Part shown: positions 24,153 to 38,479 of the stretch, one piece after another | How the letters are laid out: every line of letters begins with the position of its first letter | How positions within the stretch are numbered: the stretch's first letter is position 1 | Origin: Mobula hypostoma | Taxonomy: Eukaryota | NCBI RefSeq assembly: GCF_963921235.1 | Contig: NC_086118.1 | Coordinates: 23,376,001-23,440,000 of the forward strand | Length of the DNA stretch: 64,000 nt | Reading direction: 5' to 3' | Made by a program: the position numbers and the translations under genes | The notes under the pieces: generated by a model | Databases searched by the model: none | The model's input: the letters and a program-made list of their open reading frames with translations, nothing else | Told to the model about the DNA's origin: nothing

Positions 24153-24749
24153 TTTGTTCACTTTAATACAATTGCTTTTAAATCTAAATGCTCATGAGCT
24201 TAGATTGCGTCAAGCCATTTTCTCAGTACGTGTGTTAACTTGCTCTGGATTTTGAATGTGACTCGGGAGACAATGTTTTTGGTTTGATTTCCGTTGCTTG
24301 GCAAATTGGACAGTGCAAAATCTCATGCGTCATGTACACATCCATAAAACCAGTTCAAAATATATTTCTATCGCTAGTAAAGTTTGAAACCATGCAATTA
24401 TTGATTAATCACTCTTGTTCATACTATTTGTGCATTCCTTCCGAAGTTATTTTCTCATCTTTCTGCTCCTAATGCCTCCAGTCAACTTTTAGACACCTGC
24501 CGTCCAAGTGAACCACGTAGTATTGAAATTCAAAGCTCTGCCATTGTGGATCATGATACCCATGGCTTTGCAAAAATGTATTCTACTCTAATAAAAGAAT
24601 GTATTCAGTGTACCTTGGTAATCATTTCCTCCTGGGTATGGCTGTATTTTTCTGTTTCAATTTGTTTCCCTTTGTAACTTCTGTTTTAACTGTTAATTTT
24701 TAAAGTAATTATTACCTTAACAATGTTGTCGGCATCTCACAGCAGGCAA

Positions 24750-24910
24750 TACCTTTGCTTTCTCACTGACCCCCTTTTCTGCTATTTTAATCAGTTTGTT
24801 TTCTCACTTTCCCAGTTGGGATGAAGGATCGTTCACCTGAAATAATGTGTCAGTTTCTTTCCTTGTGGATGCCATTTGATTGATGGAATGCTTCTGTTGT
24901 TTTCTGTTTT
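24750..24910 (+). mobile_element. Decayed PLE terminal repeat
   Basis: CCCAGTTGGGATGAAGGATCGTTCACCTGAAA...GTGGATGCC...TTTTCTGTTT. Confidence 0.5.
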
Positions 24911-27636
24911 TGTGCTTTATTAACCATTTTGTCTACATATCCAACGTACTTCCGAAGTCTGCAGGTAGAGACTCAAACATTACTCCAGTCCAGTACACTT
25001 CCTGGTATTCCAAGATTTGGAAAAAATCAAAAGTACTCTACAAAGGAAGTGAAATATTTATCTGCATTGAAGGAACATGTGTTGAAGGAGAAGCAATTTC
25101 CTTATCTTTCCATTCCAATTTAGTGTTTTTGGAAGTTTATAGCCGGTACATTTACACATGATTACTGGATTAGTAATCTACGGTTCCTTTTCAGTCTACT
25201 AGTTCTACTTGTTCCTTTTTAGACTTCCATGTAATCACCACATAATGAAAGATATAAATGTGAAATGCATTTTTGCATGACCCCATCCTCAGATATGGCT
25301 CTCCACCTACTTTCAGACATTACAGTGACAGCGAACACAAGCCTGGTGTGCAATTCCACAACAAGACAAAATAGCCACTTTGTTTTTGAAGTAGCAGTTA
25401 TGGAATCTACATGGAGGCTCAAAGGAATACCTACTTTCCTTCTGATATACGCAGTAACTTTTGTTGCATTCCATTGTGGATTCAAGCATGAACCTGAAAT
25501 AGGTTCTTTAGATTTTCCAATAGATTAAAAGATGTGGGTTTTGGATTTCATTCCAGTATTCGGAGTGTCACTTAGTCAAAGGAAGCAAAAGCACTGGAAC
25601 ATCTGAAATCAGAGCAGCCTCTCAATTAGTCCTAGAGCTCTAGCTGTACCTTATGGGCTATATGAGGAGTCTGAGATCTTGGTGACACTACAAGAGTAAC
25701 ATACATCTGAAATATATACAGAACTTTATTCAAAGATAAATTCCCCTTTTGGTGACAAATCTAGATTGTGCCCTTATTGCAACAAATTATTTGAGTCTTC
25801 CATAGCCAGAGGAAGGAAAAGTATGCTTGCATCTTCTGACAAAGTACTAGTAAAACTGATGTTTCATCAGTTCCTGTGGTTTCAAACTGTGATGAAATGT
25901 TTATGATGCACTAAATCCAAGCAGTCTTTTAGTGTCATCTAGCATTAATGTAGAATGTGAACATGCATCAATAATTCAGGTGCCACCTGTCCCTTAAGCC
26001 CAGTTGGCTAAATGAGATAGCCAGCTATTGATGGAATGTGCAAAGGCAGGTCACATGCATTTCCACGTGGATACATTTTGCACAGTGTTTTAACTCCGTA
26101 AGGTAATCAACCTTGTAGCCACAACTGACAAGACCTCATAGTGTATGTGAGTGGTGGGCTTTGTGTGAAAGTAAACCCATTTAAATAATGGCTCATGTTT
26201 CTGGATGGGAATTGCAGCATATATTCCCAAATGTAATGCTTACGCCCCTTTTGATAACAAAGTCACCTTTGGTTCCCACATGTTGTATACTACTCAAAGT
26301 CTCTGCAGAGATCACACATGGGGTTAGGTAGTCACAACACACGCTTCATTTGGTATTACTGGATTGTGTTACTTTGTGAACTGTTTATTCCTAACCTGCC
26401 TTTGGCTAATTATCTTATGGTATAAAACACCCAAGATACCATTAACATCGTGAATTCTTCCTGCGGTCATCACATCATGATAAATTATTTATTGTGTGAT
26501 AACGTTAGCAAGTGCAGTTTCTTATTAAGGTTACAGCAGTGTTGCAGATCTAATAGTAGAACAGAGTTTGGAATTCATTGGAAAATCTGGAACCACTAGG
26601 ACATAGCAACACTGAGGTAAGTATGTGTGGGTGTGTGGAAGGTGGAATGGGAGCCTGGTGGTGGTGGTGGTGGCGTGGGCAAAGAATTAAGAGATTGCTT
26701 CTTTCGTTTGTTATGGACAGATACTTCAAACTTTCACTCACATCTCATAAAAGAGCTAAAACCAAAGTCATTTTTTATTAATAAATAATGGCTACTGTAA
26801 AGTATTTATTAACTCCATTTTTATTTTTCCCCTTCCACAGATGCATTAAGGGAATCTTGTATTAAGGCTGGATTTGGCTTTAATGTTTCACGGCTGCTTT
26901 TGATATTTTGTTTTAAGAGCTGATACTAACAAAATATGCTTGCCCCTTGTTTATCATGAAATGACATTAAGAAATTTGTTTGACTTTTCCAGACTGCGTC
27001 AGAGAAACCCTTGTTTCAAAGGGACTATAACTGCAATTTCTTAAGCAAAATTCTGAAACAATATCCAGTTCTGAGCTGTGTTACATTCAAAAGATATGTA
27101 GGGCCCATATCAATTTCTTTATTCAATGATTCAGATAATTATTAGATTATTAAAATGCAGATCACACATGCCTATCATGTACTCCAGTCTTAAAATATCT
27201 GAACAGGTCACCCACTAAGTCGATGTGTGCTGCCAGCATTTCTTGGCTGGGTCGAGCAGCAGACTGCAGGCTTCACAAAAGTGTAAGTTCTCACATATGG
27301 GGTGAAAACCAACACTTTCCCTGGTTTACCTGAAAGCTAGAGCAGTTCAATCTTTGGAAGCATCAGTGTTTTTGTGTTTTTCTAGTAAGGGAAGAAGAGA
27401 AGAATTATTCATTGTAAAAAAATTATGCATTTTAAAATGTTAGCCAGGCCTTTGATAATGGTTTAATCTAGATTGTCTAAAAGAATTAGAAAATTGGATT
27501 GAAAGTGCTTCTTCAATGGAGAATTTTGAAACCCAATAATGGGCCAGCAGTTCTTCTTGTCTTTTTTCTAGTGGCTGCCGAGTTAGTGTAGGAATGGAAA
27601 ACATGGATGACTTATTGGTATAGGAAGAAAGATTTG

Positions 27637-27654
27637 GGTGTGTGTGTGTGTGTG
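27637..27654. repeat. (GT)n microsatellite
   Basis: Direct reading, ~9 units. Confidence 0.9.
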
Positions 27655-28044
27655 TTCTGCCGCATTACTTTACACACATGGATTCTTATGGGAAGTTGAA
27701 GGAGTAACAGAAGATTGATATGAGGTCTACATTTGGTGGTATATCTGGCCCTGTTTGGTGCCAGTGAGTCAGACCCTTATTCTGTCATCTTAATCATACA
27801 TGGAGATTCTAGAAAAAAATAAATATGTTTATTTCAAAAATATTGTATTGCTATGTGTCACACCAGGTCATCCTGTTTCTCTCTCCCTAATTTCAATATT
27901 CATTTCAAATGTCTTGCATGCATTAAATTAGCTCTTCTCTGGTGGTGGTAAGATTCACTCCATCATTTACAGAACTCCCATTTGCAGCTGGAGTGGACTG
28001 AGTGAAGCAGTAGTGCAAACAGGAACGGATCATTTTCAGAAATA

Positions 28045-28170
28045 TAAGAGACTACAGATACTGGATTCTGGACCAAAAAAAAATAGCTGCTGGAGTAATA
28101 TAGCAGGTCAGGGAACATCTGTGAAGGGAAATGGACAGTCAATATTTCAGGTCAGGACCCTTCATCCAGA
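28045..28170 (-). mobile_element. PLE terminal repeat with a degenerate hammerhead motif
   Basis: The minus strand reads TGGATGAAGGGTCCTGACCTGAAATATTGACTG...CAGATGTTCCCTGACCTGCT. Confidence 0.7.
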
Positions 28171-29535
28171 AAGGACAGGATAAGTTCCAGGTCATTTTTG
28201 CTGATCCAGATGGTCAAAGGTTCACAGTTGTATTGATGCTCACCTGAGAAACATTTGCTTGTGCAAACCAAAGCAAATTAGGGCATTTTAATTATATGAT
28301 GTTGGAGCACGTAGTAACTAGTTCAGCTTTTGAGCTGACAGGGAGCACATTGTTGAAAGTACCAATAGAGAGCCTGAGACCTTCTTTCAATTAACATCAA
28401 ATGATGGAAGTGATTGTTTATGAGCTAGCAGAGTGCAACATCTCAATGGCAACACTGAATGTTGTTGTAGGAACACTAGCACGGCCCTGGTGGAATCAGA
28501 ATGCTACTTGTGATGTATAGTTTCCCTTGTCAATTGCAGTTTTGCAAGGGAGGAAAAGAAGTGGAAGCAGGAAATAAAAACTCTAAATTATGCTGAGCTT
28601 CTTTGATATGCATCTCTAAACGTTTGGATCAAATTCAATCTCCTCTTTTAGTAGAAGACCTGCCTGTTTATTACTTTGAAGAGTTAAGGCTTAAGACCAG
28701 CATCATAATAATCTACAAATGAATTTGAAACGGTTGGATGTTTGGATGTGTGATAATAGTGCACACCACTCTTTTTTAGACTGCAGATCTTAAACAGAAA
28801 GCATTGCAGAAACATGATTTTCTTATGATGCTTTAAGGAAAAAATATTTTAGCTTGCATAATTTTTCTAAAATTAACAGAGATGTAAATATGTTAATTTT
28901 TTTCCCCTGCATGAGTAGCTGCATGTATTCTACATCAAGTGTTTTGTTTTAGAGTTAAAATTACAGTTTAAAATTTCTCACAAACCTACATTACTACAGT
29001 AAGTAAACATTTGATTTCCTGCCAACAAGCCTATCAAAAAGCTTGTACAATACTTATCCTCTATGCCTCTTCTCGGAGTGGTTTTAAGCATCACTGGAGA
29101 CATTACTATAAAATAGAATATGAATATTTAATTGAGAGTTCTGTGCCAGATGTTAAATGAGTGGAACATCTGGACAGTTCCATGGATTCGAATATCAGGA
29201 ACACATCTGCCCAGCTGGTGGGCTTATTCAATATTGAACATAGATCTGAAACATTATCTTTGTTTCTCAGTCCATACACCCTGCCTGACCCAATAACTAT
29301 TTCCTGCATTTTCTGTTTTATTGCTCTGAAGTACTTGGTACTATCGATTTCTCCAGCAGCACCCATTTCTTATTGCTCTTGTGGGTATTTCATTAAAAGA
29401 TAGAAGGCATTGCCATTTCTCTTCTTGTGTCCTGCGGCTGCTAATTTCAAACTGAGTGAAATTTAACTTGATCTGGCCTGAGGTAGTGTGCTGGAGGTTT
29501 AAGGTTTAAATTTTTATGGAAGATATAGGGACCCG

Positions 29536-29720
29536 AATCAGAATCAGAATCACGTTTAATATCATTGGCATACATTGTGAAATTTGCTTACCTTGCAGCA
29601 GCAGTACAATGCAATACATAATAATAGATTAAAAACTGTGAGTTATAGTAAATATATATATATGTAATAGCTAAATTGCAAAAGTAGAAATAAAGGGCAT
29701 GGGTTCAATGCCCATTCAGA
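29536..29720 (-). mobile_element. Rex1-type LINE 3' UTR with (GATTCT)n tail
   Basis: GAATCAGAATCAGAATCACGTTTAATATCA... followed by typical UTR sequence. Confidence 0.7.
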
Positions 29721-31064
29721 GAAGGTGGTCACTTTTGTTTGCTCGAGCCATATTTCATGCAGTCAACCATATTTTTCAGATGTACAGAATCTGTAGCCAG
29801 TCAAAAGTACACAGGAGGAAGGATTGCTGGCCCATCTGTCTTCTCAATCATTCCCATAAAGAAGGACTTGGCATTTTATTTTTCATCTATTTCAAACAAT
29901 CCAGATGAGTTTCCAAAGCCTACAGATCAGAAATATGCATTCATCTTTGTCATTACTTCTGCCTACTTTTATGAAGGAAAAGAACATTGAAGCCCCCTTC
30001 TAAGAATTTTTAATAATTTTAAACATCTCTTGCCTTATGGTGTTGGCTGTCAAGAAACAATGATCCAAACTACGTTTCAGCACTGAGTTTGGTTCTTATT
30101 TAGCCATTTTGGAAAGCAAATGATCTGAATTCAGAAACTTATTTTTGATCAGCCTGAGCCCGAGGTATCTTGGGCACAATTGAATTTAGTTGGTTTGTTG
30201 GTTTGTCCTGTTTGGAGATAGTTAACCCAGAATTCTGGGCGCAGGTTGTTCCTGACACTTACTGCACCACAAATTGCTCTTTGATAGCTTGGCTTGGTAG
30301 TGTCACCTAGTTATAGAAAATCATTCCCAACACTTGCACAGGTCAGTGATGGGAAGACAATAGAGGCTAGCATTGCCAGTAACACCCTCATCCCAGAAGT
30401 GACTGATTAAATATTGAAAACAAAATTATATTAATTTTAATATATTGAGTTGAGTGCAAATTGCAGGGACACAAAACTGTAAGACAAAATAACCCAGTGG
30501 GCTAATTATCTTGAAGTGCCTATTTGAATTCTATAAAAGCTATCTTTGTATTCTCTGTATCCCTGTAACGTTCAAACAAATACCCACTTTCTTTTACTGT
30601 TGAGTTATGACACTTCCTGGTCGAATGCAACTTGCTGAATAAAGCAAGATTAAAATAGATTTCCATTAGAAGCTGTTTGCTGTTTCGCCCAGCCTTACCC
30701 ACCTTAAGGTTTATGAGCTCCTTCTCACGAATACAAATACAAAGGAGGAATTAAAGTAAAAGCCACCAAGTAATTGATCCATGTGTTGAGAAAAATGTTA
30801 AGATCAAGTGTGTCCCTGGTTTTACAATGTTATTATTCATAACAAGGTGTAATAATGGCTGGGTTCCAAGACTGTATTCCACCTGATCTCTTGGGCATCC
30901 TTCCCAAAAAGTCATCCTTCTGAGTCTGCACTGGTATGCCCTTTTGTTATAGTTGTCTGGAAGTGGGTTCTCTGCCTTTTACTTTGTATTTTGTTGTCTT
31001 TCACTGGGTTGTAAGAGAGGGTTCCAGCCAGAGGAATGAATATAATGATCTTAGGATGAAATCA

Positions 31065-32000
31065 AGTCCAAGAAAAATGTTTAGAGCAACACCAGGAAGC
31101 ATTTGTGGTTTTCATTGATCTCTCCAAGGCCTTCACGGTTACTGACTGTATCGCTCTGTGGCTGCTGCTGCTGCTTAATGTTTGACTGCCCACAATAGTT
31201 TGTTAATATTGTGACCTTTAGTCCCAGACAGCAGTTCAGAGACAGACCCACTTGACTTCAGCCCCACAATCAAACATGGTTGTGTCATTGCCATAACTTT
31301 TGTTTTAGTTTTATGAAGCCATCCTGTTCTTTATTGCCATCAGGTACAGAATTCACCGGGAGCTATTCCATTACAGTGGAAAAATAGGCTGAAGAGCCCT
31401 GTTGCTGTGCTTACTCTTGTAATGTTCAATGTTCTAACTGTCTCCTAGTTGGCCCTTCCTCCTCCCTGCTTTAAAATGCACAAGTCCAGAAAATATGTTG
31501 CATTTTTCTTCCCTATTTTCTTTTCCAAGAAGTAAATATTGACAAATACAGATCGGAGGTACAAAATCTGTTGTTGGGGAGAAATGCCCGGTGCTGTCAA
31601 CCACTATGAACTTTGAACCATAATCAAAGTCACTCTGTACAAATCAGTGGTTGCAGATGCTCTTCATAATGGCTGTGTGAAACCTGGGGTTTGTGGCAAA
31701 GATGTCAAAAGACCTTGGACATGTACCATTAATGCTGCCTTTGACAAATCATTGGAATTAAATGAAATCAATACCATCAAGGTTGTGATTATCATTATTA
31801 AACACTCACTGAGTTTGGCCCATCAATGTGAACACATATTGGAAAACTTCCTAAAACAAGATTATTATTTCCTGATCAGCCAAGGCCAAATAACTCACAG
31901 GAGTCAAAAAGTAAAATGAGAGGAAACACTCAGATCACATTGGAAGAAGTTTGAGATTGATACAAGAAGGCGTAATGTTCGATATCTGTATGAGGGATCC
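31065..32000 (+). mobile_element. Old RTE-clade LINE remnant
   Basis: QEKCLEQHQEAFVVFIDLSKAF...KHGCVIA degenerate RTE RT motifs. Confidence 0.65.
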
Positions 32001-32329
32001 TGTCACTTTAAAAAATATTAAAGGCAGTAACAAAAAATGAGGGAGAAAGCCAAGGGAAAGGGATCAGTCACAAGCATCTGTCAATGGGTTTGTACCTCAA
32101 AGGCTGGATAGTAACACAGTTTGACCCACAAACTCTCCTGGTTCAGAATAAAATTAATACAGAATAGAACATTCTTGTTCTCAAGAATTTTTCCAAATAA
32201 AACAGAACATTCTTAGTCTGGTTAAAAAAAAGACCAATTTTGACAGGAGGTCATCAATCTGAGATGTTGACTCTATTTCTCAACCCACGGGTGCTTCCTG
32301 AAATGCTGATTCTTGACATGCATTTCAAT

Positions 32330-33020
32330 CGGAATGTTCCTAATGTATCTGCCTCTACTACCACCTCTGGCAATATGTTCTGTGAATTCACCACTTCCTC
32401 TGTAAAAAAAACTTGCCTTTTCTATCCCTCCTATACTTTCTTCGTATCACAAGTCCCCTCGTATTAGCCATTTCCATCCTGGGAAAATTTTCTGGCGATC
32501 CACTCGAGGTATGCTTCTTATCATCTTGTACAGCTCTATCAAGTCACTTTTCATCCTCCTTCATTCTAAAGAGTAAACTCTAGCTTGCTTAACCTGTCCT
32601 CATGAGACATGCGCTCTAACCAGGCAGCATCTTGGTAAATCTCCTCTGCACCTTCTCTAAAGCTTCCACATCCTTCCTATAATGAGATGACCAGACTGAA
32701 TGAATATTCCACATGTGGTTTAACCAGGGTCTTATAGAGCTGCAACAGTACCTCACGATTCTTGAACTCAATACCCTGCCTAATGAAGGCAAACATACCC
32801 AATGTGTTCTTAAAAAATCCATCAACTTGCTCAGCAGCTTTGAAATATCTATGATCATGGACCTCATGATCCCTCTGTTCCTCCATACTGCTAAGAATCA
32901 TGCCATTAAAACTCTGTATTCTTCTTTCAAATTCGACTTTTCAAAATGAATCACTCCAGATTTTTTTCAAATTGAACTTCATTTGCCACTTCTCAGCCCA
33001 GCTCTGCATCCAGTCCATTT
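32330..33020 (-). mobile_element. CR1 LINE 3' fragment
   Basis: IEFKNREVLLQLYKTLVKPHVEY; WSSHYRKDVEALEKVQRRFTKMLPG. Confidence 0.85.
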
Positions 33021-36000
33021 GAGTGGGTTAAATTATAGGTAAAAGGCACTGAAATGAACCACTTTCATTTCATCTTCCATTCAAGAGTCTAAAAGAGTGT
33101 CATGGCAAAACAGATGTTTAGACATTGGGTCCTTAATGGATATTTCTGAATGTTTCCCTCCACCATCATTTTGGTTTGCTGTCTCATATATTGTGTCTTT
33201 GCTTTACTGCTTCTTATCTAGAACTCGGCATCTTCAGTTAAACGAATTAAAATTTCCCAAACAAGAATACTTAGCAAAAGCACCAGAAAGATTCCAAACT
33301 TTTCAAGGTAACTCCATGGAACAAGCAACAAATCATAAGGTCATAGATTTTGCGTAACAGAAGCAACCCATTGAACTCACTGAGTCCACGCACATTCATT
33401 TTAGAGCAACTCAGTCCTTTGCCAAAGACTGCAAATAAAAACTAGCCCCAGAATTACCAATCCAATTCCACTTCTGAAGCTGAATGACACTATTCCATTG
33501 AGGCAATGAGTTCCAGAACATGACAAAACCTTTCCTCACATTTCCTCCCTATCTTTTGCCCATTACTTTAGGACTGTTCCTCCCAGTCCATGAATCATCC
33601 ACTTATGAGCACATCTTCTCTATTTTTAAATTGATCATAATCTTGATCACCTTCATAAAATCTTCCTTGTTAAAAGGAGAACAGACCCAGAATTTCCAGT
33701 CTAATAGTGATTTTTTTCCCCTTCCTAGAGCTTGTTAATCATTTCTGCATCCATACTAGCAGCTCCTTAGTGGATACTTTATGCTTCTTAAAATTAAATG
33801 ACCAGAATAAGATACAAAACTTCAATTGTTATATATAGGTTCAAAGTAACCTCTCTACATGTGTATTCCTTGTCTCCAATGAATAAAGCGGCAAAATCAG
33901 ATTTTTATGTTAAATTGTGTGTCTTTCATTTTGTGCATGGGATTAGTAATTGCTATATTAGAGGAGTGACCTGAGGAACATATAGGAAAAATGCAGACGG
34001 AAGGGTTTGACCAGCTCTGTTGTTGCAGTGATTCCTTATGATTACAGTCCAACTGAAGATGCATAGCATCATTACGCTGGGATATGATTTGCTTTGTTCA
34101 TTCTGTGTATGATTGGCAGCACAGGAAATGCTTCAGCAATTATTGTCGTGTAGAATTTCTTTTGTATAACTACTACTACCCGTTGGATTATGGCTATTGT
34201 GTTCTTAGAAAATGGAGAATTGTGTTCAAAGAAGGAAATGATATTAAGACAGCCTGAATACATTTTCCAAGCAATGCAATGGAAGCTGTTTAAGATAACC
34301 TCAAATTTGATTCATTGCAGATCTTTGAATCCATTAAGGGGAAAGTTTTGTTTGCTTTAAATGCAGGCTGGAGGCGAAGAAGCTGGTTCATAATGATTCC
34401 CAGCCACCTGAAGCCATGCCTGTTCAGTTATATAGGAATTTCAGATAAACTACAATTTTGATTTGGAGTGTCAAGGCTATAGATTCTTCTGTAAATAAGC
34501 TACATGGAAAAGTGGGCGGGGGGGGGGGGAGAGAAGCAAAAATGAACAGGCATATTCCAAGAGCTTGACTATTAAATAATTGGAAGACAACCGAGTGTGG
34601 CAAATCACAAAATATTCATGCCACTGATTTAAGAGGGGGTTAATATCTTTAAAGAACTATTTCCTTTCAGCTACTAGTACTTATCTTGGCACAGGATTAG
34701 ATTTTTTTTGTGAAATAAATACGAATAATTTAGATTTAAATCTGTTTTCTACTGTACATGTGGGAGAGTATGTGATACTTCCACAGAGAGTTCCAACTAT
34801 TCAGTTAGTCCTTCCTTCAGGAGAGGGAAGTGCTTAATGTCTCTACAGCTTTAAATTGTATAAAGCCTTGGTAAGCTGACCCTGATGCACTACCACAGTT
34901 CATGGTAAATCAGGCAGACAGTGGACTCTCTCATTTTTCTTTGAGGTTTACATTTTAAAACCATTACGCATCAGACTTTGTTCTTGCTTTGTGCAGAAAA
35001 ATGATCCTCCTATTAAATGTTGTAGGCATTTTTATAAGTTGGTTAATAGTTTGCCAAATAGATGTCCAAACGATTAAAGAATGTCAATTTTAGACCGTAA
35101 GTTACACATTATATAGCCTACATAGAAACTTCATCAAAAATGATTCAATCAGTCAGAAGATACTTAAAATAGGAAATGGCAGCTACTTTCTTTCTATTTT
35201 TCTTTGTTCTGTCTCTTGACAAATATAATCGGGGAGATGAGGGGATGAGGGTTGGAGAGGGTGGAGAGTGGAGCCAACCTTCCACTCACTATTTTAATTC
35301 AGCAATGAGTCATAATTTTATAACCTGTGGGCTCTCTGAAATGCTTAACGAACTTTATATTGTTCAGTAACATTAAAAGCATCCTTGCTCTGCTCAGTCA
35401 ATGTCAGGGTACAGATACTGCAAAACCATGATATTCAATAAACAGTGATATGGTTTGCAGACTGGAATCCAAGCACGGAAAAGTTTTTAAAAAGGGCCTT
35501 GAATATCTATGGAACCTTTTATATTTCCAGAACATTCCAAAGCATTTTATCGTTAATGAAATGTCTGAAACTATTTGCTTAATCAAAAAGAAATGGAAGT
35601 AAAGGTCTCACAGGTAATGCTAGGCCTTTGAACTAAAACATCTAGCCTCTGAGCTGTAAAGCAGTTTTGAGTACTTTCTGGCTGGGAATGTAAATAACAC
35701 ATTGCCATCAACAGGAAGCATCTGATTCCAAGTTTCTGCAGTGCCAGTGTATAAATGAAGAACGTAGAGCTTGAAACAGCGACTGCATTGATGCAATCTT
35801 CCAGATGGGTCTTGGTGTGCTGCAGCTTGAAGTCTTGACATAAAAAGGGTGGCAGCAACTTTGCACAGAGCACTAGAATTCACTCACAGTAATGAAACAA
35901 AATGGCTTGTGATGATGGTTGAGGCATAGATAACCTTCTGTGGTTTTTCCATTCAAATGTCCGTGGAGGCTTGGTTTGAAGTCTCATCTAGAGGCTGAAG

Positions 36001-36639
36001 TTGCTCCCATTCCATAGTGGTGTTTGAGCCTATTTAAAAAGTCTCTATGCTTCAGATGGGAATGGTCCAAATCTCAATATCTCCTCGTTCACTTGATGTA
36101 AAATTTATTTTTATTGAAGTAAAACCGAATCAGTCCTCAATTTGCTTAAAGATTATCAACAAATAGGCATCATTCAGACTGCATGAATTTCTTAGACATA
36201 CAGTTAATTGAAAATCTTTGCAAACATCCATCAGTTCCAATGTGCTTGTGCTGAATGTTGGAAGTTTCTTTTTAGGGTAGAGGTGGGCTGAGTTTATATT
36301 TTCCGGTATGGTTTGACTGTTCTAACGTTATTCATCTGGTGGTTGATCCAAGTCTTTTAATGAGCTCGCTGGACTCATCGGGGTGTTTGCATCAATACAG
36401 TTGCTGTTTTATGCTCCATGCACTTAATTTATACACTGGGACTACAGTAATTAGGAAGAAAATTGTTTCCTGTTGATGACTACTGGTCTGAAAGTGCCCA
36501 AACAAATGTTAGAATTCAATAGCCAATGTTTTAGTTCGGGGAAATAGCCACAGCAGTAAGGTACCGACTGTACTTCAATTTCTTTGGAATTAAGCACACA
36601 GTTTCATGGTTACCATTTCTTTAGATCTTCTTTGATATT

Positions 36640-37000
36640 CCCTCAGGATCGAGAATGACTGGCTTCCACTGTGGTCAATATAAGAATTGCAAACTTTTCC
36701 ATAGTCGGGTCAGAAGATGCTTGTTGAGGTAGGTGGGTGGGTGGATTGTGAAATGTAGCCCTCCTTCCATTGCTTATGCTGGATCCCTGTGTGCCCCATG
36801 GACTTTGCATCTTAATCCCAGCCTGAATGCTCTTCCTTCACTTTGAGAGGTTGCTCAGAGTCAGTGGGGATGTTGAATTTCTTTGAGTACATTCTGAAAA
36901 CTTCTGTTTTCCCAGTAACCTGTTCCCATGGCAGTGCTTGGAATAGATTGTCTGTTTCAGAAGCTTGTGTTGTGTGGATGAAGGATATGCCTTACCAGTG
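36640..37000 (-). mobile_element. RTE-type LINE 3' region (decayed)
   Basis: Degenerate RTE C-terminus (reverse of GTCAGTGGGGATGTTGAATTTCTT, CTGTTCCCATGGCAG, GTCTGTTTCAGAAG). Confidence 0.45.
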
Positions 37001-38479
37001 AATTGCCTTTAGACAGATGCTTGAAACCATGATTGAATAGCGGAGCAGACTCGATGGGCCAAATGGCCTATTTCTACTCCTATGTCTTACGATCTCATGG
37101 AGTTTTGGATTACTACATTATATATAATCGGAAAATCACCAGTTCTTCTTCTAACTGATAGAAGTATCGGCATCTCTTCCATCTACACTTTCTCAGATTT
37201 CAATATTGGCAATTGCACTAAAAGCTTATGCCTGAAAAATAACTCAACAATATTTCTCATTTTTTTTAGGTGAAAGGTTGATTCATTTAAACAAAATCAA
37301 GAGTTTTATTTACTAATAAACACTGGGTATGGAAAACAATTTACTTTCACAAATCAATCACAAATCTGATAGAGAATGAAGTTGGCAAGTCCATGTAAAC
37401 AAGTGTAAAGTTCGCAACACATGATTAATCTGCTGTGTCAGCGTGCCACATTACCTTTTCTTATCTGTTGGTTTATGTGATTGGTAAGAGAGAATAATTT
37501 TGCCTGCAGTATTCTGTTCTGAAAGTTGCTGATGGCTGTTAGAAATGGCACACAAAATCTTCTTCCTGGGGTATGAATTTCATGAATTTCCCCTTGGAAA
37601 AATATGCATTATCTCATCCCAAATTAGAGTCACTATGTTATGGCGCTTAGAAAAAGGTTCCACAGGGCCAGATTTATTCTCATTGCTTGTAACTGATATC
37701 TCATCTAATGGGAAATCAGTTACAAGCATATTTCCAAATTCTTGCCATGGATGTGTACACTTTAGAGCATATTTGTACCTCAGTAATAGCATTCCAATGT
37801 TATGTCCTTGGCATTGTGACAGTAAAAGAAGACAAATGTTTTCATTATTTTGGTGATATCACATTTGGGGTTAGTTGGTGAACCATCCCAAAGATCCAAT
37901 AGTGGTGACTGGGCAAATAGGCCCTTTTGAGTAATGTAAATGAATTTCAGAAACAAAGAGCTATGTATTTTCCCTGCCGTAGAATGTTTAGTTCTATTGC
38001 CTGGGGATGAATTTCTAACTGTATATTGCCATATCTGAAGTTTCACAGCAGGATTTCAATAAAACAGGCTTTACTTTTTTTTAATGGCATATTATGTTTC
38101 TTTACCACTAACTGTATTTCAATTTAACAGTTCTTCCTTTTGAATATTTAATTTAAATGATAGCTGAGGAGATTTCTCATGTTTCGATTTGCTGAATACT
38201 TAGTTTTTACTCTCATATATTTCAGTTACAAATTCAGTATTGAATTATTAGAATCTCTTTGCTGTGTCACAAATACTAATACGAAACTATTATTCTACTG
38301 AAACACAATGTTCCCATTGTGATTTGATACATTGATGTTTTTTGATACTTTTTTTCTAATAGGCATTGCCTTTGTAATTCGAATGTCACCATGTTGTAAA
38401 ATGTCTTTTCCGTTTGTAAATTATTTAAGCATTTTAGAAATTAAGACTATATACACATATACCATGGCATTTCTTTCTA

